This document shows, one piece after another, positions 27,465 to 40,231 of a DNA stretch of 64,000 bases. Origin of the DNA: Octopus vulgaris. Its lineage: Eukaryota. Under the pieces are notes generated by a model. The model searched no databases and was not told the origin of the DNA. It saw only the letters and a program-made list of their open reading frames with translations. The translations under genes and the position numbers were made by a program. Where the stretch lies: the NCBI GenBank assembly GCA_951406725.2, contig OX597816.1, forward strand, positions 169,198,001 through 169,262,000, read 5' to 3'. Numbering within the stretch: position 1 is the stretch's first letter; each line of letters begins with the position of its first letter.

Positions 27465-28090
27465 GATGGGACTAGTCGATTATATCGACCCCCAGTACTT
27501 CAATGATATTTTATCGGCCTTGAAGGGATGAAAGGAAAGGTTGAGCTTAGCAGAATTTGAAATCAGAATGTAAAGTGTCGGAATAAATAGCCTAAAAAGT
27601 TTTGTCCGATTCTCTTGCTGAGATGGGACTAGTCGATTAGATCGACCCCCAGTACTTCAATGATATTTTATCGGCCTTGAAGGGATGAAAGGAAAAGTTG
27701 AGCTTAGCAGAATTTGAAATCAGAATGTAAAGTGTCGGGATAAATAGCCTAAAAATTTTTGTCCGATTCTCTTGCTGAGATAGGACTAGTCGATTAGATC
27801 GACCCCCAGTACTTCAATGATATTTTATCGGCCTTGAAGGGATGAAAGGAAAAGTTGAGCTTAGCAGAATTTGAAATCAGAATGTAAAGTGTCGGAATAA
27901 ATAGCCTAAAAATGTTTGTCCGATTCTCTTGCTGAGATGGGACTAGTCGATTATATCGACCCCCAGTACTTCAATGATATTTTATCGGCCTTGAAGGGAT
28001 GAAAGGAAAAGTTGAGCTTAGCAGAATTTGAAATCAGAATGTAAAGTGTCGGAATAAATAGCCTAAAAGTTTTTGTCTGATTCTCTTGCT
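27465..28090 (-). repeat. 4 x 157-bp tandem repeat derived from a Meta-type SINE core
   Basis: Units start at 27465, 27622, 27779 and 27936; GTCGATTATATCGACCCC..GGATGAAAGG..GAATTTGAA resembles family M. Confidence 0.9.
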
Positions 28091-28829
28091 GTTCCGCCAA
28101 TCCATCACTCTAAATCATATCAATGATAAGAGATAAACAGACGGGGAGAAGAGTGATAGAGGGGGTGTGATAAAAAGGAAAGAAAAGAAGAAAATATGTA
28201 AGAAAGCAAGTAAAGAAATAAAATAAAAGAAACTAAACAGCTCCCCTGTGACAGTCTTTATGATATTTCTGAAATGTCTAGACACGAGAAAATCATATAA
28301 TTATCAACGTTCGTAATTCGAACAGACTGAGATGAAATGAAAGACCGTATATAATATTTCATAGAATAACAACATTGATATTGTTTCATGGTTCGTTAAA
28401 CGGAAACAAAAACGTATAGAATCTATGTTAAACAATCTAATTTAGTCAGATACAAAGAAAAATGAAATGTGAGAAGCTATTTTTCTGCAATGATTAAGTT
28501 ATTGTAAGGACGCTATAAATGAGTGAATTATGAACACACATTAGCGTGGGTATATAAAGTGTTATATTGATATATCACACAATTTTGATCAATCAGAAAT
28601 GAAGTTCAAATATATATGAGATGAGAAAAGACAAACCTATGACGTTCATACCATATATATTTGAGCAGATGTGGCTGAGTGGTAAGGAGTTAATTTTCCA
28701 GGCTCATGGTTCCAGGTTCAGTCCTAGGGCATGGCATCTCAGCTAGATGCCTTTAACTATAGCCCAGGACCGATGAAAATCTTGGAGGCGGAATCTGTGT
28801 GGAAATATATATATATTTTTTTTTTCTTC

Positions 28830-29118
28830 TTTCTCGCCCTTTTCAAGCCTAGCCAGGCTCATGGGCCCGGTTTCTCGGTTTCTGTGGGGTATGTGTTCCC
28901 CCCAGCAGAACGAGACGCCAGTCCATCGCAGCGTTACTCAAGAAAAGGGAAGAGAGGGTGAGAGAAAGTTGGGGCGAAAGAGTACAACAGGGGTCGCCAC
29001 CATCTCTTGCCAGAGCCTCGTGGAGCTTTAGGTGTTTTCGCTCAATAAACACACACAACGCCCGGTCTGGGAATCGAAACTGCGATCCTCTGACCGCGAG
29101 TCCGCTGCCCTAACCACT
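28830..29118 (-). mobile_element. SINE head B with tail 3
   Basis: Minus strand AGTGGTTAGGGCAGCGGACTCGCGG..GTTTCGATTCC, then a 3' part unlike that of 2468 or 46369. Confidence 0.8.
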
Positions 29119-29134
29119 ATATATATATATATGA

Positions 29135-29750
29135 TAAATGAAAGGAGGAAGATGGAATATACGGGAATTTTTATTATTAATCACTACAATTGTTTCGACA
29201 CATCTAGCATCGATCCCTCACGGGTGAGACACTTAAAAACTGGTTCAGGAGCATCCGGCGGTGCTGATGTATCTCATCGGATTATAAATAGATACAACTC
29301 GTTAAAATAGCAATGCATCTTTTAATTTGGTAGAAAGAAAAACAGCAAAACGAATGAAATATCTTCATTTATATAGAAGACCAAAGATAAAATTACAGAT
29401 GCCAAAAAGAAACGAGCACGCAATACAGCGAAAAAGGGATTAAAAATAACCGTTAACAGAGCAAGTTAAATAGCTACTTGGAGTTTATAAGAATGGGGAG
29501 GTTAAAGCTAAACTTACTTCATCCATACCTTAAAGAAAATTATGATAACATTTACTCAAATTCATTTCCACTGCATAGTGCGAAAGTACATTTATATACG
29601 CGAGTCTTTCAGAAATTCTGTTAACGATCTTCTCACTGGTCCACAGAATTGACAGGGATTCCTCGGAGAAGAGTCGGCTTTTCCTGGAAATGATATTGCA
29701 TGGTTTTGCGTGCCTTACTATGGACCAACTTATGTTGTATTTAATTTTAC
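29135..29750 (-). mobile_element. Penelope-like element 3' remnant: GIY-YIG endonuclease C-terminus plus pLTR with degenerate HHR
   Basis: KYNISWSIVRHAKPCNIISRKSRLFSEESLSIL..IVNRISE resembles the PLE 'I.W.I...A.PY.....C.LC..E...I....LN.RSE' motif; HHR-like 29184-29287 (CCGATGA GATACATC..GATGTGTC GAAAC). Confidence 0.7.
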
Positions 29751-29977
29751 GTATGTATGTATGTATGTATGTATGTATGTATGTATGTATGTATGTATGT
29801 ATGTATGTATGTATGTATGTATGTATGTATGTATGTGTGTGTATTTCCATTACAACATGCAGTGAACTCGTAGTTAAGTGCCGATTAACACCTTACAGTT
29901 TCATGAGAATCTCAAACATATGGGGCAATTTATTTGGGAAAACAAATGCATTTAAGTATATATACAGGAAAACATTA

Positions 29978-30054
<77 letters not shown>

Positions 30055-30081
30055 AAACGCAGGTGTTATTCAAATCTTTTT

Positions 30082-30169
30082 ACTTCCGACATGTTTTGAA
30101 GGAAACATTGGTATTATTCCAGAAGGAATAAAATGGTGTAAAACAATGCAATCTTCTCATCAGGGAAAT
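30082..30169 (-). ncRNA. Type-I hammerhead motif, G12>A decayed
   Basis: Minus strand ATTTCC CTGATGA GAAG..CTTC AAAAC AT GTC GGAAGT; palindromic ACATGT, GUC site. Confidence 0.65.
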
Positions 30170-30699
30170 AATGGAACCAAACACATCAGTAAAACATTTT
30201 AACAGAATGTGATGACTGTGTAGATGATGAAGAGAACGTTAGCACGTTTTCTTGTTTAAACCGTTAACAGATATAACGTCAAAGGCAGTTTATAGAAAGA
30301 GAAGGAGGAGAAAGAAAGAAATGACCAGAAAACTAATAGTGGAGAGATATAGAGCGATAGATGAATAGGAATAAACCTTAAAGGCTTGGAAGTAGGTATA
30401 TTTAGTGGGAGTGAAATGTAAAAAAAAAAATGTTAAAGGTCGAATTTTATAGAATGGTAGAAATATTTATAGGAACTAAAGGTACGCTTTTGCCAATGTT
30501 TGCAACAATAAACGCGTTCTTAAAGGTGTTTATACGAGGATTATCTGATAACAGGATGAAATATATTTCATCGTTACAAAGCGGACAGAACTATTTCATC
30601 CCGTTCTCAGATAATCCTTTTGTAAACATGTTTAACGAACGCGTTTATCGTTGTTGCAAACATTGGCAAAAACATATCTTTAGTTCCTATACGTAGTTG

Positions 30700-31560
30700 T
30701 GTGTTCTGTTTGTTGTTATTTTGTTGTTGTTGTTGAAGGGCTAGTGGGGTTGGACGGAGAGGGTCTTTTCTTTTCTATTTTTTTCCTGGAGAAAATCTCC
30801 CAACATTCTCCTTGGACTTCCTCCATCTCCTCTTTCTTTGTTTCATTTCCAAATGTTTCTTCGTGCGTTTCACCTGCAGCTACTTCTGTTTGTTTTTCTA
30901 CAGGTGGGGGAGTAGCTGCTTTTTCATGAGGAGGTTGCCACTCGATCCTAATGATCACACTTGTAGCAACGAGGCTTCCAGTCTCTACCGTGACTCGCAG
31001 CTTAGTCTCTCCCACCTGTATAGTTTCTATAATATTTTCTAAATCAGCCGGGGCAGCCTGTATAATCATTTCGAGACCATGCCCATGCCAATCCTGCAGT
31101 CCCAGCGCTGAGGCTTGGAGAATTGTGATCTTATCCTCCAAACTGTTTATTATGGCTGCCACCATCCAAGTGGAGTCTACTTCTGGTGGGAGATCTCCTA
31201 CCTTAATCTTGGAAGTCCGTCTTCCAAGATGAGTAGGTAGAAGTACCACCTCCCTCGTTTTTTAATGGTGTCGTCGACGCTTGTTTTGCCTTTTCCTCGG
31301 TTTTGAAACGGACTTCTATTGTGGCATACTTCACTCCTCTTGTGACGTATGCCACCTCGTTCCAAACTGGACAGATGCACAGTTCCACCGCCTCTTTTCT
31401 TGCGTTATCCAGTTTTTTTTTTGCTTTGGTCACAAATGATTTGTATATCACGGTGCATTATGCGTCGTTTCACTGGGGAAGTATGATCACTATTTCACTC
31501 CCCTCCCTTTTCATCATACCTTTGTATTTTCCGAGCCCATAGCTTCCACCATTTTATTAT
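30700..31560 (-). pseudogene. L1/Tx1-clade ORF1 remnant
   Basis: ORFs 31203-31451 and 30716-31249 (YVTRG..EVRFKTEEKAKQASTTPL / LLPTHLG..VGDLPPEV) parallel the ORF1 remnant at 121-530. Confidence 0.55.
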
Positions 31561-32121
31561 CTTTTTTGAGATACCGGACACTGCTTCAAAATTGCTAGCG
31601 TGTCTTCCTTGAATAAATTCTTCACCTGTCGATATACTATTTAAAACTCTGCTACCTTCTTCGCTTCTGATATCTTCTCATTCACTTGTACCAAGTTGAC
31701 TATTGGTCTTGGCTTTAATAGGTGATTTGTCCATTATTTTTGTTTTGAAAAATACAACAGTATTTTCCCCCTTCACACTACCACAAACAGAAAAAATAAA
31801 TGTTTAAAAAACACTCAACAAAAGTTCAACTATGTAATAATTCAACAGTGCAAATTTAACAAATTAACCACAAACATTACAACTTACGCCAAACTTTTCG
31901 CACAACACCACAAACATACACAAACAAGTCGAGATGATTGGAACAACGGTGAAAAAGTATCAATGTTAATTTATTGATGCATTTGGGCAAGACTATGTCT
32001 GTGTTATCAGACAATTGCAAAAAAATGTTTTAAAGAAATTCAAAACTGTGCAAAAACCCGGTACAAATTCTTCATGGTTCAAAACGTTGCTTACTTTTTA
32101 CTCATCCTGATACACACACAC

Positions 32122-32160
<39 letters not shown>

Positions 32161-32904
32161 CACACACACACACGCACACACATACCCCCCACACACATAC
32201 ACACACACGCACACACACACACACGCACGCACACACACACGCACACACACATACACACACACACACGCACACACACACACGCACACTCACACACGCACAC
32301 ACACACACACATGCACACACACACACACACACGCACACAAACGCACGCACACACGCATGCACACACACACCTACCCCCACACACACACACATAAAAGGAA
32401 ACAATAAAATTTGGTGAACATTGTTTTTCGAAACGGTTTCCGATTAATTCTAATAAGTTGTTCAGAAGCAATCATCAGGCAATCAATTGCAATAAAATGT
32501 TATGAAAGAGCGTCCACGTTATGAGATTGATAGCAGAGATGCTAGGTTGTGTATTTGACTTGGGTAAGGGTGTGGAGACGTATTCAATAAATAATAACTA
32601 ACCAGTATACCAACGATACCCTTAATCAAATGCTTTTGAAATGATGTAACTATTTTTAGACCTCTACTCTATAGTGTGGATGCTACAGTCTTGCCAGGGG
32701 GTAAATCTCTTTTGCAAACATTCTCATTTTTCCTACTTGCGTGTACGTATGGTTAAAATGCCAATATTTCCAAGATATTGGATTCCTTTTGGTATCTGTC
32801 ATTAGAAATTATGTTGCTTGATTGATAAACCAACAGGCTGCATCATAACGCCACATACATTTCTTAAATATGAATTCTTTGGTTATATATATATATATAT
32901 ATAT

Positions 32905-33390
32905 ATAAATATATACATATGAGAGGGAAGACCACTATGTGGACAACCCTAATGCTAGAAGTAGATCCGCTATGGTCTTACCACTAAGAAATGTTCTCTA
33001 GAAAATTTAGCAAACACCAGAAACGTAAGCGAGCAAGAGAAATGAAAAGTAACAAAAATATAGATTAATCATAAACAATGTTTCACTAGCAACAGATTAT
33101 GTAATTCTACTTACGCAATTTTTCCGTAGATCTTCAGTATGATCGTCCATACAAATATAATTACTTTTCATTTATCTTGCTCGCTTAGGTTTCTGGTGTT
33201 TGCTAAATTTTCTAGAGAACATTTCTTAGTGGTAAGACCATAGCGGATCTACTTCTAGCATTAGGGTTGTCCACAGAGTGGTCATCCCTCTCATATGTAT
33301 GTAATATAATTTACTGAACCTCAGGTTTTTAATATGCTAGACCACTGGTGTTAAATTGATGTTATCAAATTAATATCCAATTTTTCACCC
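32905..33390 (-). mobile_element. Fold-back Penelope-type pLTR element with HHR in the spacer
   Basis: ~32912-33052 is the reverse complement of ~33160-33300; HHR 33067-33144; (TA)n flanks. Confidence 0.75.
33067..33144 (-). ncRNA. Type-I hammerhead motif
   Basis: Minus strand GATCATA CTGAAGA TCTA..TAGT GAAAC ATT GTT TATGATT; 7-bp helix I; first helix II pair mismatched. Confidence 0.6.
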
Positions 33391-33428
33391 TCATTTAAAT
33401 TTTAATATATATATATATATATATATAT

Positions 33429-33835
33429 AGGCGCAGGAGTGGCTGTGTGGTAAGTAGCTTACTAACCAACCACATGGTTCCGGGTTCAGTCCCACTGCGT
33501 GGCACCTTGGGCAAGTGTCTTCTGCTATAGACCCGGGCCGACCAATGCCTTGTGAGTGGATTTGGTAGACGGAAACTGAAAGAAGCCCGTCGTATATATG
33601 TATATATATATATATGTGTGTGCGTGTATGTTTGTGTGTCTGTGTTTGTCCCCCTAGCATTGCTTGACAACCGATGCTGGTGTGTTTACGTCCCCGTTAC
33701 TTAGCGGTTCGGCAAAAGAGACCGATAGAATAAGTACTGGGCTTACAAAAGAATAAGTCGCGGGGTCGAGTTGCTCGATTAAAGGCGGTGCTCCGGCATG
33801 GCCGCAGTCAAATGACTGAAACAAGTAAAAGAGAG

Positions 33836-33836
<1 letters not shown>
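33429..33836 (+). mobile_element. CORE-type SINE family A, full length
   Basis: Full head, core, internal microsatellite and tail; in (TA)n. Confidence 0.9.
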
Positions 33837-33867
<31 letters not shown>

Positions 33868-33871
<4 letters not shown>

Positions 33872-35271
33872 ATATTTTGAATGGTCATATAGTTTATATA
33901 TATGATATTTATTTTTTATATCTTATATTTCGGCCAAAGTTCTTTCGTCATCCTGTGATCAGTGGTCCTTTGTTTTCTTCTCACTTACTTGTGTCTCTCC
34001 TTACTAACCGTCAGCCATTTTGTATTTCTATTGTGTCTTCATTTGCACATGCTTATATCTCTATGTGCGTCTATGTTTATTTAGTGTGTGTGTGTGGGGG
34101 GATGCCTGTAATATTTGTATCTTCTGGTTATATACATTCTTGTAATTTGTATTTTGTTTTTGTTGTTGTTGCTTTTGTTCTAATTTTATTCATGTGTTTA
34201 CATCCACCCATTATTATCATTACATATGCTTGTATGTATGTATAACAACAATATTAGTAATAATAATAATAAATCTAATCGAGAAAAAAAAAAAAAAAAG
34301 AATATACATATACACATATATATATATACATACATATACATATACATATATATACATATATACACACATATATACACATATACATATACATATATATACA
34401 CATATACATATATATAGATATTCATTTCTATTTCTTTAATTACCTGTGTATTTATTATGTTTGCAGGATCCACTATTGTCATATGTTGTGGTGTGCGCTA
34501 TTGCTCCATTCTAGTTTTCTATTCACACCACAACATATGACAATAGTGGATCCTGCAAACATAATAAATACACAGGTAATTAAAGAAATAGAAATGAATA
34601 TCTATATATATGTATATGTGTATATATATGTATATGTATATGTGTATATATGTGTGTATATATGTATATATATGTATATGTATATGTATGTATATATATA
34701 TATGTGTATATGTATATTCTTTTTTTTTTTTTCTCGATTAGATTTATTATTATTATTACTAATATTGTTGTTATACATACATACAAGCATATGTAATGAT
34801 AATAATGGGTGGATGTAAACACATGAATAAAATTAGAACAAAAGCAACAACAACAAAAACAAAATACAAATTACAAGAATGTATATAACCAGAAGATACA
34901 AATATTACAGGCATCCCCCCCACACACACACACTAAATAAACATAGACGCACATAGAGATATAAGCATGTGCAAATGAAGACATACAATAGAAATACAAA
35001 ATGGCTGACGGTTAGTAAGGAGAGACACAAGTAAGTGAGAAGAAAACAAAGGACCACTGATGCGGTCACAGGAGTGTGACGAAAGAACTTTGGCCGAAAT
35101 AAGATTAAGATTAATGTAAAAAAATAAATATCACTGAAGCAAAATAACACCAAATATATAGTGCGTGTGTTTTTATTGGCTAAACTGGCAATATGACCAT
35201 TCCAAAATATAACAATATCTGTTTCAACACACGACTTCACATAAAAAATCTTGCACAACAAATATTTAAAC

Positions 35272-35275
<4 letters not shown>
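33868..35275. repeat. ~1.4-kb fold-back of an HHR-bearing element (same family as 40431-41252)
   Basis: ~33868-34495 is the reverse complement of ~34525-35215, with a ~29-nt loop. Confidence 0.85.
35051..35095 (+). ncRNA. Minimal hammerhead variant (A9>C); identical at 40607-40651 (-), deleted at ~33932-33968
   Basis: GGACCA CTGATGC G GTCAC AGGAGT GTGAC GAAA GAAC TT TGGCC. Confidence 0.5.
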
Positions 35276-35312
<37 letters not shown>

Positions 35313-35733
35313 CATGACGGTGCCTCCTCTTTGGAACCTGCATGCACTAAGTCGTCTCTATTCAAACTTACGCACAATTCTCGGTTTCTTCTGGAAGTAC
35401 CACAGGCAGAAGCCCACTCACTTTTGTGTGTGTTTTCATTAATCAATATCAACTAAATCAGAGGTTTTGCTTGAAAAGTTAGATTAATAATTACATGCGA
35501 AAGTAGAGAATATGATTACACACAGCGTCAAATTTTGGGAAAACTGCTGGCGACATTTTTTATTCTTTATATTTAATTATCTCGTCGCTGTTTCTCTCTG
35601 ACATTCATCGACTCCATAATCATTGCCCGAATTGTTCTATATATCCTTTATGCTGAAATTAATTTATATTTTTTCTCCATACAGCCAGTACAAGAAAATC
35701 TATTCTATATTAAATAAATTCTGAATTATATCT

Positions 35734-35966
35734 CTTTCTTTACTACCCACAAGGGGCTAAACACAGAGAGGACAAACAATGACAGACAAACAGATTAAGT
35801 CGATTATATCGACCCCAGTGCGTAACTGGTACTTATTTAATCGACCCCGAAAGGATGAAAGGCAAAGTCGACCTCGGCGGAATTTGAACTCAGAACGTAG
35901 CGGCAGACGAAATACCGATAAGCATTTCGCCCGGCGTGCTAACGATTCTGCCAGCTCGCCGCCTTA
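35734..35966 (-). mobile_element. Meta-type SINE (family M), full length
   Basis: GGCGGCGAGCTGGCAGAA head, GAGTTCAAATTCC B box; 11-bp TSD GAATTATATCT. Confidence 0.9.
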
Positions 35967-36029
35967 GAATTATATCTGTTTGCCCACTCTCTCACTCACT
36001 TATTCACATGCTATTCAAAGTTTCCTCAG

Positions 36030-36140
<111 letters not shown>

Positions 36141-36411
36141 CACACACACACATACAGACACATAGACGAGGTAAGAGCCACCGATGAGAATTAAGATGCT
36201 CTGCATCAAAATTCGAAATCACCAGTGATATGGCTATGTCCGCGACCGTAGGGACCATTGTCTCCCTTGTCAGCTTATTAAGATAGTGCTCTTGTGGCTA
36301 ATGCATCGGTTTGACTCTTATTTCTAGCAATGCCGGTACCACTTTGTACCCTCTGTCACTTTAGTGACGTCTATAAATTTTCCTTTATGTTGTTAAATTG
36401 CTAATAAGCCA

Positions 36412-36487
<76 letters not shown>

Positions 36488-36492
<5 letters not shown>

Positions 36493-36735
36493 CGTAAGGG
36501 GGATCAGCCATCTGAATGTGGCTAGGGACAGGGCGGGGTGGTGGGGGTGTTACTGATGCTTTTAGCCCCAGGCGATCATCGACGTCACCAGAAGGACCGA
36601 CACCATATCGGTGTCCTTGTGTCGGTCCTTCTGGTGACGTCGATGATCGCCTGGGGCTAAAAGCATCAGTAACACCCCCACCACCCCGCCCCTGTCCCTA
36701 GCCACATTCAGATGGCTGATACCCCTTACGTTATA
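36488..36735. repeat. Near-perfect palindrome (~115-bp arms), related to 37092-37730
   Basis: 36488-36603 is the reverse complement of 36619-36735. Confidence 0.9.
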
Positions 36736-36769
36736 GAGCAGTTACTGTTTATATCTCGTTCAGAGATTT

Positions 36770-36832
<63 letters not shown>

Positions 36833-36928
36833 GGGAAGCTTTATGAAAATAAACAAAAGACGAAGGCAGGTGGAAAACAAACGAACAATTGTATTAGTAT
36901 GGCGCTCAGGAAATATAAATAAAACAAG

Positions 36929-36966
36929 TCTTTAACGTTTCGAGCCTACGCTCTTCAACAGAAAGA
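36929..36966 (-). ncRNA. Minimal hammerhead motif (A6>U) in a short element between (TA)n tracts (36831-37038)
   Basis: Minus strand TCTTT CTGTTGA A GAGC GTAG GCTC GAAAC GTT AAAGA. Confidence 0.6.
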
Positions 36967-37036
36967 TACACAGAGAGAGAAAAACACAGAAAGAAGGAGA
37001 GAAAAAAAAATGCGTGCAGTAGCTAACGAATCAACA

Positions 37037-37091
<55 letters not shown>

Positions 37092-37096
<5 letters not shown>

Positions 37097-37724
37097 CGTA
37101 AGGTGTACTAGCCATCTGAATGTGGCTAGCCACTGGGGGGGGTGGGGTGCTACTGATGCTTTTAGCCCCAGGCGATCAACGTCACCAGATGGACTTTAGA
37201 CACTATCTCAGTGCCCTTGTGTTATTTGCAAAGGGAGGTCATCCTCTCTCGAAGACCTAAGTACTACATACGGACTATAGTTTCAAGGTAATTGCCTCTC
37301 GTCAACGCATGGTAAGCACCGGTCTTCGATGAAGGAGTCCCCTTGCAAATAATATATAACGTTTTTCACAGCAACCACTGTCACTGATTTAGAAAAACTG
37401 TCCGAAAGCAATAATAAATCTCTGAACGAGATATATACAGTAACCGCTCGACAACGTAAGGTGTACTAGTCATCTGAATGTGGCTAGCCACTGGGGGTGG
37501 GGGGTGGGGTGTTACTGATGCTTTTAGCTATAGTCCGTATGTAGTACTTAGGTCTTCGAGAGAGGATGACCTCCCTTTGCAAATAACACAAGGGCACTGA
37601 GATAGTGTCTAAAGTCCATCTGGTGACGTTGGTCGCCTGGGGCTAAAATCATCAGTAGCACCCCCACCCCAGTGGCTAGCCACATTCAGATGGCTATAGT
37701 ACACTTTACGTTGTCGAGCGGTTA

Positions 37725-37730
<6 letters not shown>
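37092..37730 (-). mobile_element. Tandem (358-bp period) plus inverted HHR-bearing element in (TA)n
   Basis: AACGTAAGGTGTACTAG at 37095 and 37453; 37528-37728 inverted; HHR 37267-37311. Confidence 0.8.
37267..37311 (-). ncRNA. Type-I hammerhead ribozyme, U3-G8 variant
   Basis: Minus strand CATGCG TTGACGA GAGG CAATTA CCTT GAAAC TATA GTC CGTATG; palindromic ACTATAGT, GUC site. Confidence 0.75.
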
Positions 37731-37781
<51 letters not shown>

Positions 37782-37782
<1 letters not shown>

Positions 37783-38595
37783 GAGCTAAGCGCCCCCCGT
37801 CCAGTGGACGGTGCTGAGTTGTTAAACATTTAAACCAAATTTTCTCAAAACAACTTGTCCAACCGTCCCATAGGCTTCCTTTTTGAGAAAAACTGATTTA
37901 ACCTAAATTTGAGACACCAGCAAAAGAAGAAATAAAGATAGACTTTTTTTCTATTCCAAAGAAAACGATTTTATTCACACAAATATGCAAACGAAGAGAT
38001 TAAAGTACCAGTAATGATAAGGCTGTTGACTGGGAGAACACAAACATGGTTTAAACAGTAAGCTTGGCAGGAAACAAACGTGACTTTAAGTAGTACAAAA
38101 ACAACAAAAGATGGAAGGTGCAGTTATGTACAGGTTGACGGAAGAAAAGCAGGACAAAAACGATGCATGCAAATGGGTTAGCTGGAGGTAAATCTAGATG
38201 GAAAAGCATGATGAATTCATGAGAACGTACCTGGGACAATAATAAGTTTATCCGATAAAACATGTAGGAAATCAACTTGGGGCGGTGTTTGAGGAAAAGC
38301 AACAACCTAGGGAACTAAGTAACTAATTTTAAGCTAACTTACTTTACGGCATGGAAAAGCTAGTATAGCGCAGCCTTGTAAACCACATTCCTGATGTACT
38401 TGCACGTACAAATGCACGTTCCCACGGCTTTATCGATCACATTCTCACCTGGAATAGATTTTTGTAATTTTTTCAAGACTTATACATACCCTGATACCGT
38501 CGGTATCTAAGTATCAAATTTGAGTGCAATCGGACGGAGGATGCCCGAGATCCTAGAAGACATACAGACAGACAGAACGGATTTTTTATAATAGA
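37782..38595 (-). mobile_element. Non-autonomous Helitron (family H2), long copy
   Basis: Minus 5' TCTATTATAAAAAATCCG; 3' CCGTCCACTGGACGG hairpin then CTCG|T; ends shared with 8747-9145. Confidence 0.65.
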
Positions 38596-38977
38596 TTAGA
38601 ATGTATTCTGTAGTTAGACAAAGATATTGGTTGTTACCACTACGTTGAATTACTAAGGAGTCTCCAAAGTAGAAATATAATATGAGTTGGTAGTTCCATG
38701 GTCAAAAATATTAATGAAATCCTGGGTAAACCATAATATACGTTTACAGTTCCACTGTTGAAATATCAAAGAAAATCCAAGGTAAAAGAAAATAGAATTT
38801 ACTAGTTCCATCACTGAAGAGGAAGTGAGGTAGATATGAGTCCTGAAAGAGTACAGGATTGGATACTTCTTAATTATTCAAGAAACTGGTAATTACGAAT
38901 ATTACCAGTTATATTATAAATTATAAATTAAAGGGTCGAAAGGGATACCACATGCTTTGCTTCTCTGCTCTGTATTT

Positions 38978-39074
<97 letters not shown>

Positions 39075-39329
39075 GTATATATATATATATATATATATAG
39101 ACCTTATTATTATTTTCTTTTTGCAATTTATTTAATCTTTGATATTTTATTGTTATTTTAACGTTAATATTTATATTATATGTACTTTTCTAGACGGTGT
39201 AATTTAATTGTTCATTTTGAATTGATAAAAGGTGGGTTTTTTCTAATTTTTTATATAAATATTACATTGTGTGAAATTGAATTTTTTTTCTTGTAAGTTT
39301 TGGATTTTACCCGCTCAAATATTAATAAT

Positions 39330-39363
<34 letters not shown>

Positions 39364-39632
39364 TTTTGTACTTGTTTCAGTCATTTGACTGCGGCCATGC
39401 TGGAGCACCGCCTTTTAGAGTGGTGAAATAGTACAGCAGGGATCACCACCTCCTGCCGGAGCCTCGTGGAGCTTTTAGGTGTTTTCGCTCAATAAACACA
39501 CACAACGCCCGGCTTATATTTATTTGCTGCCGATAAATTTGGCGCGAGTGCGACGATTTGAAAATTTTAGGTCAGATATAAACTTGGCAAGGTCGGAAAT
39601 GCCTCGTGAAAATATCTGTTCCGACTTGGGCT

Positions 39633-39739
39633 ATTTCTTACTGATGAATCTGAGAGCCTGTGGAAGATTGGCTTGATTTAATTTAATCAGGTTAGTTTAC
39701 CATTAATCAGCAGATGAAACGGTATATCGTATAAGAAAT
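39633..39739 (+). ncRNA. Type-I hammerhead ribozyme, canonical core
   Basis: ATTTCTTA CTGATGA ATCTG..CAGAT GAAAC GG TATA TC GTA TAAGAAAT; 8-bp helix I; predicted cut after 39731. Confidence 0.85.
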
Positions 39740-40124
39740 TACAGGGTAAATGTTTTTTAAATTTTCTCCTGGTTTACAGAATTAACTTTTATTTGCGGTT
39801 GAAGCTTTGGCTGTTATTTCTAGTGGGTGAATGGCCTATTATGGCCGTTCCTTGATTGTTGATGTTAAACTTAAAAATGGTCTATGACTATTTAATTTTT
39901 TCCTACTAGGCCGCTGGTGGCAAAAGAATTCTACAAAATTTTTTTTGCCACCCTATATTGATTAATTATGAATTTTCTGGTTAATTCCGTAATGGAATCG
40001 ACGGCTTATATTTATTTGCTGCCGATAAATTTGGCGCGAGTGCGACGATTTGAAAATTTTAGGTCAGATATAAACTTGGCAAGGTCAGAAATGCCTCGTG
40101 AAAATATCTGTTCCGACTTGGGCT

Positions 40125-40231
40125 ATTTCTTACTGATGAATCTGAGGGCCTGTGGAAGATTGGCTTGATTTAATTTAATCAGGTTAGTTTACCATTAATC
40201 AGCAGATGAAACGGTATATCGTATAAGAAAT
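40125..40231 (+). ncRNA. Type-I hammerhead ribozyme, second tandem copy
   Basis: Same motif; predicted cut after 40223. Confidence 0.85.

Noticed and set aside
27465-28090. CRISPR-like regular repeat
   Set aside because: Contiguous 157-bp units with no unique spacers, no cas genes, and a eukaryotic context.
32420-32485. CTGATGA..GAAAC on the minus strand
   Set aside because: Helix I does not pair and the helix II register is inconsistent; at best a decayed HHR.
38808-38865. CTGAAGA GGA..TCC T GAAA motif
   Set aside because: No helix III or helix I pairing.
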